The translations under genes were made by a program, and so were the position numbers. DNA of 64,000 nucleotides, taken from contig CAXXFK010000030.1 of the NCBI GenBank assembly GCA_963663965.2, positions 1 through 64,000 of the forward strand, given 5' to 3'. The first letter of the stretch is position 1; each line of letters starts with the position of its first letter. Shown in pieces: positions 38,626 to 48,084 of the stretch. Source of the stretch: Sedimentisphaerales bacterium (lineage in GTDB: Bacteria > Planctomycetota > Phycisphaerae > Sedimentisphaerales > SM23-30). The notes under the pieces were generated by a model. That model worked only from the letters and a program-made list of their open reading frames with translations. It was not told the origin of the DNA and ran no database searches.

Positions 38626-40950
38626 ATGAAACGATTGTCGGCAGTATGGATGATATTGTGTTTGAGTTTGCCCCTGGCGGCACAATCCACAGGTTCATTG
38701 CCGCGCAGTACGCCGGAGGCGCAGGGTGTTTCATCAGCGGGATTGGTTGATTTTCTGGACGCGGTGGCGCAGAGTCCGCATGAGCTGCATAGTGTGATGG
38801 TGGTGCGGCATGGCTATGTGGTGGCCGAGGGTTGGTGGTCGCCGTACCGGCCGGACCTGAAACATATGCTGTATTCCACCAGTAAGAGTTTTACCGCGAC
38901 GGCGGTTGGTTTCGCGGTGGCGGAAAAGAAATTGACGGTTGATGACAAGGTGATCGACATTTTTCCGGAGGATGTACCGGAGACGATCAGTGCGGAACTG
39001 GCGGCGCTGCGGGTGCGGGATCTGTTGAGTATGAGTGTGGGTCATGGCTCGGATCCGACCTGGACGATCGGGACAAATCATGACAACTGGGTCAAGGCAT
39101 TTCTGGCGACACCGATTGTGAACCGGCCGGGCAGCAAGTTTCTGTATAATTCGATGGCCACCTATATGCTGTCGGCCATTGTGCAGAAGGTGACGGGCGA
39201 GAAGGTGATCGATTATCTGGGGCCGAGATTGTTTGCGCCGTTGGGGATCGAAGGGATGGACTGGGAAACCGATCCGCGCGGGATTAATTCCGGGGGGTGG
39301 GGGCTGCGGTTGAAGACGGAGGATATGGCGAAATTCGGTCAGTTATTTTTGCAGAAGGGGGTCTGGCAGGGCCGGCGGCTGTTGCCGGAGAGCTGGATCG
39401 ATGAGGCGAGCAGTATGAAGATCGAGCAGGATCCGGGCGCGCCCCAGTCCCGCAAGGACAGCAATGACTGGCTGCAGGGTTATTGTTATCAGATGTGGCG
39501 TTGCCGGCATAATGGCTACCGGGCGGATGGGGCTTACGGGCAGTTTATTATTATGCTGCCGGATGAAGATGCGGTAGTGGCGATTACGGCGGAGACCGGT
39601 GATATGCAGTCGGAATTGAACCTGGTATGGGACCATATTTTGCCGGCTTTTCATCAGGAGGCGCTGCCGGCCGATCCGCAAGCGGCCGGTCAGTTGAAGG
39701 AGAGGCTGGCCGGGCTGGCATTGAAGCCGCTGAAGGGCGGGGATTCGCCGCTGGCTAAGGGTGTGTCGGGTAAGCGTTATCGGTTCGCGGATAACGATCA
39801 GAAGCTGCAAGGTGTTCGGGTGGTATTTGAAGATGGGGCGTGCCGGTTGACGCTGGTGACGGAGGCGGGCCGGTATCGATTGCGCTTTGGCGCGGGGCAG
39901 TGGCTGGCAGGGGAGACTACGAGGCTGGGGCCGAATCTGGTGGGCGGGATTCGAAACAGTCAGGCGGGTTTACCGCCGTTTAAGGTGGCGGGCAGTTATG
40001 GCTGGGAGGATGACCAGACGCTCGCTTTGGGCCTGCGGTATGTGGAGGGGCCGCATACCGAAATGATCCGGTTGCGATTTAATGACGATAAGGTGGAGTT
40101 GAGTTTTAATACCCTGTTTAACAAAAATAATGTCAAGACCTATGAAGGGCTGGCCCAGGATGAGTCGGCCGCAGCGCGTTTGATCGTGCGCGGGGATGAT
40201 ATGGGGTATACCCAGGCTGGTAATGAAGCGCTGGCGGCCTGTTACCGGGATGGGATTGAACAAACGATTGAGGTGATGGCGCCAACACCCTGGTTTCCGC
40301 AGGCGGTGGCGATGCTGAAGGATTATCCGGGTGTCGATGTGGGCGTGCATCTGACGCTGACCAGTGAATGGGATACGCTGAAATGGCGGCCGTTGACTGA
40401 CTGTCCGAGTTTGATGGGTGAGGATGGCTATTTCTATCCATTTGTGTATCCGAATACCAAATATCCCGGCCGGTCGATGATGGAAAATGGCTGGAAGATC
40501 GAGGAGGTGGAACGGGAATTTCGCGCACAGATCGAGAGGACGATGAACGTGATTCCGCAGGTCAGTCATCTGTCGGCTCATATGGGCTGCAGCGGGCTGG
40601 ATGAAGAAGTTAAGGCGCTGACGGAGAGGCTGGCGCGGGACTATGGGATCCGCAATGATATCCAGGGGACTGCGGTGCGCCGGGTGGGCTATGACGGACC
40701 CTCGAAAACATCTGAGGAGAAGATCCAGAGTTTTATGAAGATGTTAACGAGTCTGGAGCCGGGTCAGACTTATCTGTTTCTGGATCATCCGGGGTTGGAT
40801 ACCCCGGAACTGCGGGCGGTGCGCCATGTGGGGTATGATCAGGTGGCGATGGACCGGCAAGGGGTGACGGATATGTTTACCGATAAGCGGGTGAAGGCGC
40901 TGATTGAAGAGAAGGGGATTGAGTTGATCGGTTATGATGATCTGGAATAG
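38626..40950 (+). CDS. Secreted serine hydrolase (class C beta-lactamase family) fused to a ChbG/YdjC deacetylase-like domain
   Basis: STSKS (SxxK), FLYNS, GAYGQF; C-terminal RGDDMG, GVHLTLTSEW, HLSAHMG, DHPG. Confidence 0.85.
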   Translation: MKRLSAVWMILCLSLPLAAQSTGSLPRSTPEAQGVSSAGLVDFLDAVAQSPHELHSVMVVRHGYVVAEGWWSPYRPDLKHMLYSTSKSFTATAVGFAVAEKKLTVDDKVIDIFPEDVPETISAELAALRVRDLLSMSVGHGSDPTWTIGTNHDNWVKAFLATPIVNRPGSKFLYNSMATYMLSAIVQKVTGEKVIDYLGPRLFAPLGIEGMDWETDPRGINSGGWGLRLKTEDMAKFGQLFLQKGVWQGRRLLPESWIDEASSMKIEQDPGAPQSRKDSNDWLQGYCYQMWRCRHNGYRADGAYGQFIIMLPDEDAVVAITAETGDMQSELNLVWDHILPAFHQEALPADPQAAGQLKERLAGLALKPLKGGDSPLAKGVSGKRYRFADNDQKLQGVRVVFEDGACRLTLVTEAGRYRLRFGAGQWLAGETTRLGPNLVGGIRNSQAGLPPFKVAGSYGWEDDQTLALGLRYVEGPHTEMIRLRFNDDKVELSFNTLFNKNNVKTYEGLAQDESAAARLIVRGDDMGYTQAGNEALAACYRDGIEQTIEVMAPTPWFPQAVAMLKDYPGVDVGVHLTLTSEWDTLKWRPLTDCPSLMGEDGYFYPFVYPNTKYPGRSMMENGWKIEEVEREFRAQIERTMNVIPQVSHLSAHMGCSGLDEEVKALTERLARDYGIRNDIQGTAVRRVGYDGPSKTSEEKIQSFMKMLTSLEPGQTYLFLDHPGLDTPELRAVRHVGYDQVAMDRQGVTDMFTDKRVKALIEEKGIELIGYDDLE

Positions 40951-41187
40951 TCTTTATCGGAAGGAATTTTTACAAGCATATTATGGTTTGATTACTATTT
41001 AATATGAATGTTATACGGAAATAACGGTCCAATAATTAAATTTATACTTATGCTATATTTGCTTGAATTTTTGGGGCAAAAGCAATATAATTATATACTC
41101 AGTTTTATTAGATGGTTTCGTAACGGGCATGGTGCATGCTTGCGATTGCCATCGTGAAATGAACAGCAATTCATCGGAGGAGATGAA

Positions 41188-42255
41188 ATGAAGAAGGCAA
41201 CGCTTGCTACTGTTATTATGCTGGCATCTGTTATCGGGGTGTTGCCGGTGGGAGCCGGTTGTCCCTCGGCGGATTTGAATGGGGATTGTCAGGTCGATCT
41301 GGAAGATTTTGGCATTGTCTCGGCGCAATGGCTGATCACCTACGATCAGGTTAATCTGACGCAGATCACAGATCAATGGCGTATGGGGCCGGTGGTTCCG
41401 GCGGGGATCGAATTTGCGACGATTCCGGGCGGGACGTTTCAGATGGGCGACAGTTTTTCGGAAGGTCTGCCGTTTGAAAGGCCGGTTCATACCGTTACGG
41501 TGAGTTCGTTTAAGATGAGCCGTCATGCAATTACCGCAGCCCAGTATGTTCATTTTCTCAATGAGGCGGCCGCGGCGGGATTAGTCAAGGAACGTTACGG
41601 CACAATCTATCCGATAGACGATCATGTGTATGGTCAGCCCTGGTGTGATATTTCATCGTGGTACGGTTCCAGTCCGATCGTTTATGATAACGGTGTTTTT
41701 TCGGTTCAGGTGGTGGATGGCGAGGACCGTAGCAATCATCCGGTGGTGCATGTCAGCTGGATAGGCGCGAAGGCGTTTTGCGATCAATATGGTTTCATAT
41801 TCCCAACCGAGGCGCAATGGGAGTATGCGGCGCGCAGCGGTGAAGCGGGCCGGCGATACCCGTGGGGGAACACTATTACTCATGACCTGGCGAATTATTA
41901 TAGCGATCCATATTATGCCTACGATATCAGTGACACCCGGGGCTATCATCCGCATTTTAAAACCACCGCATTTAATTACACTGCTCCGGTTGGTACTTTT
42001 GCACCGACGGGTTATGGCCTGCATGAGATGATCGGCAATGTTTATGAGTGGTGTGGAGACTGGTACGCGGATTATTCCGCCGAGCCGCAGATCGATCCGA
42101 CCGGACCGACGACCAAGCCGGAAATTGCCGCGGCGCGGGTGACTCGCGGCGGCTGCTGGCAGTTTGGCGCTTATTACTGCCGCAATTCGTCGCGTTCGGC
42201 CCGGGAGCCCGATTTTCGCGAGCCCTATATCGGGTTCCGGGTGGTGCAGCCGTAA
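41188..42255 (+). CDS. FGE-sulfatase domain protein with N-terminal dockerin-like motif
   Basis: CPSADLNGDCQVDLEDF; PTEAQWEYAAR; GNVYEW; GFRVV. Confidence 0.9.
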   Translation: MKKATLATVIMLASVIGVLPVGAGCPSADLNGDCQVDLEDFGIVSAQWLITYDQVNLTQITDQWRMGPVVPAGIEFATIPGGTFQMGDSFSEGLPFERPVHTVTVSSFKMSRHAITAAQYVHFLNEAAAAGLVKERYGTIYPIDDHVYGQPWCDISSWYGSSPIVYDNGVFSVQVVDGEDRSNHPVVHVSWIGAKAFCDQYGFIFPTEAQWEYAARSGEAGRRYPWGNTITHDLANYYSDPYYAYDISDTRGYHPHFKTTAFNYTAPVGTFAPTGYGLHEMIGNVYEWCGDWYADYSAEPQIDPTGPTTKPEIAAARVTRGGCWQFGAYYCRNSSRSAREPDFREPYIGFRVVQP

Positions 42256-42433
42256 GGAACCGCGCATAAATAACTACTCCATTTTTCATCCCATCTTGCC
42301 ACCATCTTCAGCCGCTTCTCAATCGCGAAATCCTCGACATAGAATAGCTATGCCTGCGGTTTTGCTCAATCGGCGCGACTGAATCTGACAACAAACTGTG
42401 CGAGAAATGTAGCATTTATTTATGCGCGGCTCC
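42256..42433. mobile_element. 178-bp MITE
   Basis: TIRs GGAACCGCGCATAAATAA / TTATTTATGCGCGGCTCC (17/18); TAA and TTA flanks. Confidence 0.8.
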
Positions 42434-42676
42434 TTAGCTACGGATTTTTAGTTTTGGCTTGGTTGCATGAATCAACTGAAATTTCTATCAGTTGGGTTCG
42501 GGTAGTTTTGTTTGCGCGTGCGGGAACGATCGGGCTAATTTGACCCCATTGCTTTTATACTTGACTCCGGTAAGTCGGTGAATATAGTAATGTTTGTTGG
42601 CCGCGTTGATCATGATTTGATTTGCGACTTCAAAAGCGGCTTGTTTGATATTTTTTTTATTATTTTGGGGATCATA

Positions 42677-43549
42677 ATGATAATTCGAGGTAAGTTGATT
42701 ATTGGTTTGGTAAGTTTATCGATGATTATTGTGAGTGGTTGTATCCGGGTGATGCCAAAGGAGACAGCCGGGGTGGAAGAACAGGTATCGGATTCGGTTG
42801 CTATTGCCATGTGTCAGATTTTTTGTCTGGACGGGGATCGGGAGGGTAATTTTGTGCGGATCGAGAACGCCTTAAAGAAAGCGGTCGCGGCGGGGGCGGA
42901 GGTGGCGTGTTTTCCGGAGACGGCGTTGCTGGGCTGGGTGAATCCGGACGCCCATCAGCGGGCGCTGGCGATACCGGGGGCGGATTCGGAGCGGCTGTGT
43001 GGTCTGGCGGCGCGTTATGGTGTTTATCTCTGCATCGGGCTGGCGGAGAAAGAAGGTGACAAGCTGTACGATACGGCGTTGCTGATTGATGATAACGGTG
43101 AGATTCTGCTTAAGCATCGCAAGATCAATATTATGCAGGGGTTGATGACGCCGGGTTATACCCCGGGGGACTCGGTTCGGGCGGTCGATACCGAGCTGGG
43201 GCGTATGGGTGTGTTGATATGCGCGGATACCTTTGATGACAAGATACTGGAGAAGATGCGGGCGCAAAGGCCGGAGATCCTGCTGGTACCTTATGGCTGG
43301 GCGGCGCGGGAGGAGCAATGGCCGGGCCATGGCAAGGCATTGGAAAACACTGTGGTCAGGGCGGCCCAGGCGGTTGGATGTCCATTGGTTGGCACTGATC
43401 TGGTGGGGGCCATTTCACAGGGGCCGTGGCAGAAGATGGTTTATGGCGGGCAGAGTATTGCGGTGGATGCCGAGGGGCAGGTTCTGGGACGCTGTTGTGA
43501 TCGGGATTGGGATGTGCAATTGGTTCGAGTGAGGCGGAGTAAACGATGA
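42677..43549 (+). CDS. Carbon-nitrogen hydrolase (nitrilase family), putative lipoprotein
   Basis: FPE, HRK, ICAD triad; IVSGC lipobox. Confidence 0.88.
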   Translation: MIIRGKLIIGLVSLSMIIVSGCIRVMPKETAGVEEQVSDSVAIAMCQIFCLDGDREGNFVRIENALKKAVAAGAEVACFPETALLGWVNPDAHQRALAIPGADSERLCGLAARYGVYLCIGLAEKEGDKLYDTALLIDDNGEILLKHRKINIMQGLMTPGYTPGDSVRAVDTELGRMGVLICADTFDDKILEKMRAQRPEILLVPYGWAAREEQWPGHGKALENTVVRAAQAVGCPLVGTDLVGAISQGPWQKMVYGGQSIAVDAEGQVLGRCCDRDWDVQLVRVRRSKR

Positions 43550-43932
43550 AGATTGAGCATATCGCGATCTGGGCGCGGGATATTGAACGGCTGCGGGAAT
43601 TTTATGAAACCTATTTTGAGGCGAAAGCGGGGGAACGGTATGTCAATGATGCGAAGGGTTTTTCATCCCGGTTTCTCAGGTTTGAATCGGGCGCGCGGTT
43701 TGAGTTAATGCAAATGGATGGGATTGAGGCCGGGCCTGAATCTGATGGGCTTTGTTTTGGATTGGCGCATTTTGCGATATCGGTGGGATCGGAAACCAGG
43801 GTGGATCAGTTAACGGCCAGGCTCAAAGCCGACGGGTATTGCGTGTTGGATGGCCCAAGGCGGACCGGGGATGGGTATTATGAGGCGACGGTTCTGGATC
43901 CGGAGAATAATCGGCTGGAAATTACGGTTTGA
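43546..43932 (+). CDS. VOC/glyoxalase family protein
   Basis: IEHIAIW, GPRRTGDGYYE, DPENNRLE. Confidence 0.9.
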   Translation: MKIEHIAIWARDIERLREFYETYFEAKAGERYVNDAKGFSSRFLRFESGARFELMQMDGIEAGPESDGLCFGLAHFAISVGSETRVDQLTARLKADGYCVLDGPRRTGDGYYEATVLDPENNRLEITV

Positions 43933-43952
43933 AAGAAACAAAATCATAAAAG

Positions 43953-43987
43953 AAACCTCCAGGTCTGTTATCAGAACCTGGAGGTTT
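43953..43987. terminator. Bidirectional terminator between convergent genes
   Basis: AAACCTCCAGG...CCTGGAGGTTT. Confidence 0.75.
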
Positions 43988-44042
43988 TGAAATTGGTTTA
44001 CAAGCAGTCAAGGCGATTCATCATCGCCAGTATAAACAGGAT

Positions 44043-44762
44043 TTATCGTTGGGTTCGTTTTCTGAACCAGCCGATTACTCCGGTACCCAATCCGCTCAAT
44101 AATAATGCACCCGGGGCCGGGACTGCTGAAGTGCAGCCAGCTGATGCGTAAACTACATTATCGTAGCCTATAATGTCACTGCCAACACCGTCAAATTGGA
44201 TAGTTAATTTGGTTATGTTCTGAGCGTCACTCATCAGACCCATGAAATAAAGATTATTGGGCTGGAAATTAAGGTTAATGCTGTCAAAGGTTCCCAATAC
44301 GTTATCGTAACTATCATAGGCTGTCATGATCACTTCACTGCCATAATCAATACCATACCATTTGTCAATCGTGAACAAACCGGCACCCATAACAGCATTA
44401 TCAAACGTCAGTGTCAGGATTGAGTTGGCATACGCGCGAATGAAGTAAGATGGGGTATGTGTGCCTTCACCTGATTGCGAATAGTCATGATTGGCCTGGG
44501 CGGGTCCGGTACCAAATTCAACTGATCCAATGTTAGCATAATTTATCGTAACACCACTATAGAAGCCACTTTGTAAAGAACCGGTGGGGTGAGTATCGAA
44601 GTTCATATCGGTATTGATGGTTGCCCCGGCCGCATTGGCGGCATTGAACCAGTCCAGTGAATTGGATGATGGATTACTCACAAATCCTGTTATACCCGCA
44701 TTAAGCTGGATGCAAAACAGGCAAACGACCACAATGGATGACCATACAAATTTTCTTGTCAT
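44043..44762 (-). CDS. PEP-CTERM-type surface protein
   Basis: Signal peptide; C-terminal VPAPGA, TM helix and basic tail. Confidence 0.85.
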   Translation of the reverse strand: MTRKFVWSSIVVVCLFCIQLNAGITGFVSNPSSNSLDWFNAANAAGATINTDMNFDTHPTGSLQSGFYSGVTINYANIGSVEFGTGPAQANHDYSQSGEGTHTPSYFIRAYANSILTLTFDNAVMGAGLFTIDKWYGIDYGSEVIMTAYDSYDNVLGTFDSINLNFQPNNLYFMGLMSDAQNITKLTIQFDGVGSDIIGYDNVVYASAGCTSAVPAPGALLLSGLGTGVIGWFRKRTQR

Positions 44763-45157
44763 AACTCTATTCTCCTAAGAACGTTATATGACTCTATTTT
44801 TATTATCGGACGACTTGCCGATAACCAGTTGTCAGTAAACAATAAACAAAACCTTTGCGGAAAATCCTGAAAAGCAGGGTGTTCACCCAAACAACGGAAT
44901 ACCAATCATCATAAAAGGATTTTATCAAAATTCGCCCATTATGTCAATCGTGGTTACTACGGTATTTTTCATGTTTTTCTGTTGATAATTATTTACATGG
45001 TGTGATTCTGTCAACAATACCAATTTTTTCGATTGACTTTATGAAAAGGGGAAACCTATAAAAGTATGGTTGATAGCGGAAGCGTTGTTATCGGACTGGC
45101 AAGGTCGATAAGCGAGTTTCGCCATAAGGAGATCAGGGATTTAGAAAGGAGCTTCTA

Positions 45158-45781
45158 ATGGAAACTGGCGTACCGGCAATTGAGGTTGGCAGCGAGGTAT
45201 GGGAACAACTGGTCAAACTGGCCAGTTTTGGAACGGCGGGCGTGTGTGTTTTGATCGTATTTATTGTCGGGGTGTGTATCATGCGATTACCCAGTGATAC
45301 CTCTGCGTTGAAAGTATCGTTGATTAAGTGGTATATGACGGTTTGTACTATCATCGCGTTCATTTCAGCGGGATCAGGGATTGCCAACGCCTATTTTAAT
45401 CGGGAGAAGCTGGTCGTCGCGAATCGTCAGATCGGGATTGCCAACCAGCAGATCGAAGAAGCGGAAACGCAAGCGGAGACGGCCCGTATCGAGCAGCAGG
45501 CCACATTGGAGGTGCTGGAAAGGAACCGGGCGGAGATCGACGATACCAAACTGGCTTTGTCACGGATCATTAGCGATTTGGAACCGGTTAGCGCCATACC
45601 GAGAACCAAGATTGACGAGTTGAAATCGGCCCAGGTTCGCTTGCAGGAGATCAGCGGCAGGCGGGTAGAGGCAATCGAAGAAGGCGTTCAGAAACGCCGA
45701 CCTGAGACACGTATCAATGAGGGGGCTAATAAAGCGGTTCCGGTACCGGGACGGGATTCGCGTTTGCAGCCTGGTGGATAA
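45158..45781 (+). CDS. Hypothetical 2-TM coiled-coil protein
   Basis: AAGGAG RBS; two hydrophobic helices then a coiled coil. Confidence 0.7.
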   Translation: METGVPAIEVGSEVWEQLVKLASFGTAGVCVLIVFIVGVCIMRLPSDTSALKVSLIKWYMTVCTIIAFISAGSGIANAYFNREKLVVANRQIGIANQQIEEAETQAETARIEQQATLEVLERNRAEIDDTKLALSRIISDLEPVSAIPRTKIDELKSAQVRLQEISGRRVEAIEEGVQKRRPETRINEGANKAVPVPGRDSRLQPGG

Positions 45782-45841
45782 ATATGGTTGTGAGGCGTTT
45801 TAAATTTCAATAGCACTTTTAAACTGGAGGTATAGACGATT

Positions 45842-46417
45842 ATGGCAATTGAGCTTTTTTCCGATTTAATCGATGTCCTGGGCAAGGTGGCTAATAGTAT
45901 CAAGAGTATGGCCGAGTTTTCCGCTGCCGAGCGAGATAAGATCCGTCAGACCCTGGATGAGACTTATCGGTTAATCGATTCGACGTTGAATATGGTGATT
46001 GTGCGACTGGGAGACATTAAGCTGGAAGAGGAGGATGGCAAGTTTCTGGCGGAATGTTTCCAACTGGATAATTATAACGACTGGATGCAGGTTGAGCGGG
46101 ATTTTCGATTATGCCGGGCGCTGAGGGTGGCCCTGCGTGAGATGGAGACGCTGAAAGGAAAACTGGCCAGTAAGGTCAGCGCCAAAGACTGGGATACCTT
46201 GCTCTATTTAATGAACTCAATTATTGCCACGGAGGGAGAAGTGGCGATGTTCATATCACAGAAATTTCGGCAACTGGCCGATGAGGCCCGTGCCGCGAGT
46301 GAGGGAAGTCCGGCGGTACCGGCGATCCGATCCGATTTACAAGCGTTTCGTTCGGCGCTGATTGATGAGCGACAGGCGCTGATTCAGCAGGAAATCACGC
46401 TGTATGATGTTGTGTAG
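45842..46417 (+). CDS. Hypothetical alpha-helical protein
   Basis: GGAGG RBS; 191 aa. Confidence 0.7.
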   Translation: MAIELFSDLIDVLGKVANSIKSMAEFSAAERDKIRQTLDETYRLIDSTLNMVIVRLGDIKLEEEDGKFLAECFQLDNYNDWMQVERDFRLCRALRVALREMETLKGKLASKVSAKDWDTLLYLMNSIIATEGEVAMFISQKFRQLADEARAASEGSPAVPAIRSDLQAFRSALIDERQALIQQEITLYDVV

Positions 46418-46492
46418 ATTTGGGGCAATTCCGCACAAACGTTTCATTGTTGACAATTTATTATTTTGACAGAAATTAAACAGGAGGCGATC

Positions 46493-48079
46493 ATGTCGAT
46501 CAATACGCATCATCCCTATCACCCTATTATATTTGTGCGCGGTTTTGCCATGACCCAGAGCGAGATCGAAGAGGCGGTTGCCGATCCGTATATGGGATTT
46601 AATATCGGCTCGACCAAGACGCGGATGGCCTGGTCCGGGGATGTCAGGCGGTTTTTCTTCGAGTCGCCGCTGGTGCGGCTGATGACCGAATATCAATACA
46701 GCGACACTTACTATGACGGGGACGATCTGCTGGCCAAGGATCATTCGGATATCGCCATGCCCTATCGCAGTATCGTCATCTATCGCTATTATGACGAAGC
46801 GAGCAAGGATTTTGGTTCGGGCGAAACCCCACCGATCGAGCAGTTTGCCAAAGGATTGAACCAGTTGATTCTGGTATTGCGCGATCGCATTTGCAGTAAT
46901 CCGAAAAACGAAGTGACACCGGGCGATTTTCGGGTTTATCTAGTGGCTCATTCCATGGGCGGATTGATCTGTCGGGCGTTTATGCAGAATTCGAAGCTGA
47001 GCGAACCGGAAGCCAGACAGGCGGTCGATAAACTATTTACCTATGCCACACCCCACAACGGGATCGACATGCGGGTTGTGCGTAATGTTCCGGGCTGGTT
47101 GAGTTTTGGCGATATCAACAATTTCAATCGCGATCGGATGGCCGGCTATCTGGGGTATGCGGAAGCTGAAAAGGATGGCAACGTCTCGCGTATTGTCCAT
47201 TTTCCGGCTGAGCGCGTTTTTAACCTGGTAGGGACTAACGCGCGCGATTACGCGGTGGCGAGCGGGTTATCGGCCTGGGCGGTTGGGGACGCCAGCGACG
47301 GTCTGGTACGGATCGAAAACGCCACCACCTTTGGCATTGGTCCTGATGGCAGTAAAGTGACCTCGCCGCGCGCGTTTGTGCATCGCAGTCATTCGGGCCA
47401 TTACGGGATCGTGAATTCGGAAGAGGGCTATCAGAACCTGACCCGGTTTTTGTTTGGGGCCTTGCGGATCGATGGCATTCTGGATATCGACGCGATATCT
47501 CTGCCCCCGGAGGTCCAGCGTGAATATCAGGATGGCAAGAAGATCCGGGCGTCCTATCAGTTTGAGATCGCGGTAAGTGTGCGAGGGTGTCAATGGCAGT
47601 TGACGCGCCGGGAAGTGCGTGAAAATTCGGCGATGTTCCGGGAATACGACACGTTATTTCCAAAGAGCGGCGATGGAAAACGCGCGCCGGATCGCTCCCA
47701 GAGTCCGCATCTGTTTTCGGTTTTTCTCGATCCGAGTCAAAGCGTCAAGGCGTCCGGTTCGGTCAGTTTCGCGTTTGATTTGAAAATGCTGGTGCCCGAT
47801 TACGAAGTTGACGGCATTCTTTTCATGAAGCGGCATTATGAAGGCGGTTATATTTTGCGCGAATTGATCCTGGTGGAGGCCATTCCGGATAAGAAGACGG
47901 ACACCGGCTGGCGTATCAAATATGGTTATCAGGAAATGAATCCAGGCAAGCCCGGCAAATCGGCTGATATGTACGCAATCGATCAAGGCAATGGAATTGC
48001 GTTTGATATTCCCATCGAACAGAAGACGCGGCCCGGCATGAAAGGGACGCTCAGGATTGAAGCGCGGCCCTGGCGGTAA
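46493..48079 (+). CDS. Alpha/beta hydrolase (PGAP1/lipase-like)
   Basis: PIIFVRG, VAHSMGGL, ATPHNG, SDGLV, RSHSG; AGGAGG RBS. Confidence 0.85.
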   Translation: MSINTHHPYHPIIFVRGFAMTQSEIEEAVADPYMGFNIGSTKTRMAWSGDVRRFFFESPLVRLMTEYQYSDTYYDGDDLLAKDHSDIAMPYRSIVIYRYYDEASKDFGSGETPPIEQFAKGLNQLILVLRDRICSNPKNEVTPGDFRVYLVAHSMGGLICRAFMQNSKLSEPEARQAVDKLFTYATPHNGIDMRVVRNVPGWLSFGDINNFNRDRMAGYLGYAEAEKDGNVSRIVHFPAERVFNLVGTNARDYAVASGLSAWAVGDASDGLVRIENATTFGIGPDGSKVTSPRAFVHRSHSGHYGIVNSEEGYQNLTRFLFGALRIDGILDIDAISLPPEVQREYQDGKKIRASYQFEIAVSVRGCQWQLTRREVRENSAMFREYDTLFPKSGDGKRAPDRSQSPHLFSVFLDPSQSVKASGSVSFAFDLKMLVPDYEVDGILFMKRHYEGGYILRELILVEAIPDKKTDTGWRIKYGYQEMNPGKPGKSADMYAIDQGNGIAFDIPIEQKTRPGMKGTLRIEARPWR

Positions 48080-48084
48080 ACAGT

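Noticed and set aside
20658..42255. FGE-sulfatase paralogues as DGR targets
   Set aside because: No reverse transcriptase and no adenine-variant template repeat was seen in the window.
44810..44900. c-di-GMP-I riboswitch upstream of the PEP-CTERM gene
   Set aside because: Only GCAAAG matches; the conserved stems and tetraloop were not found.
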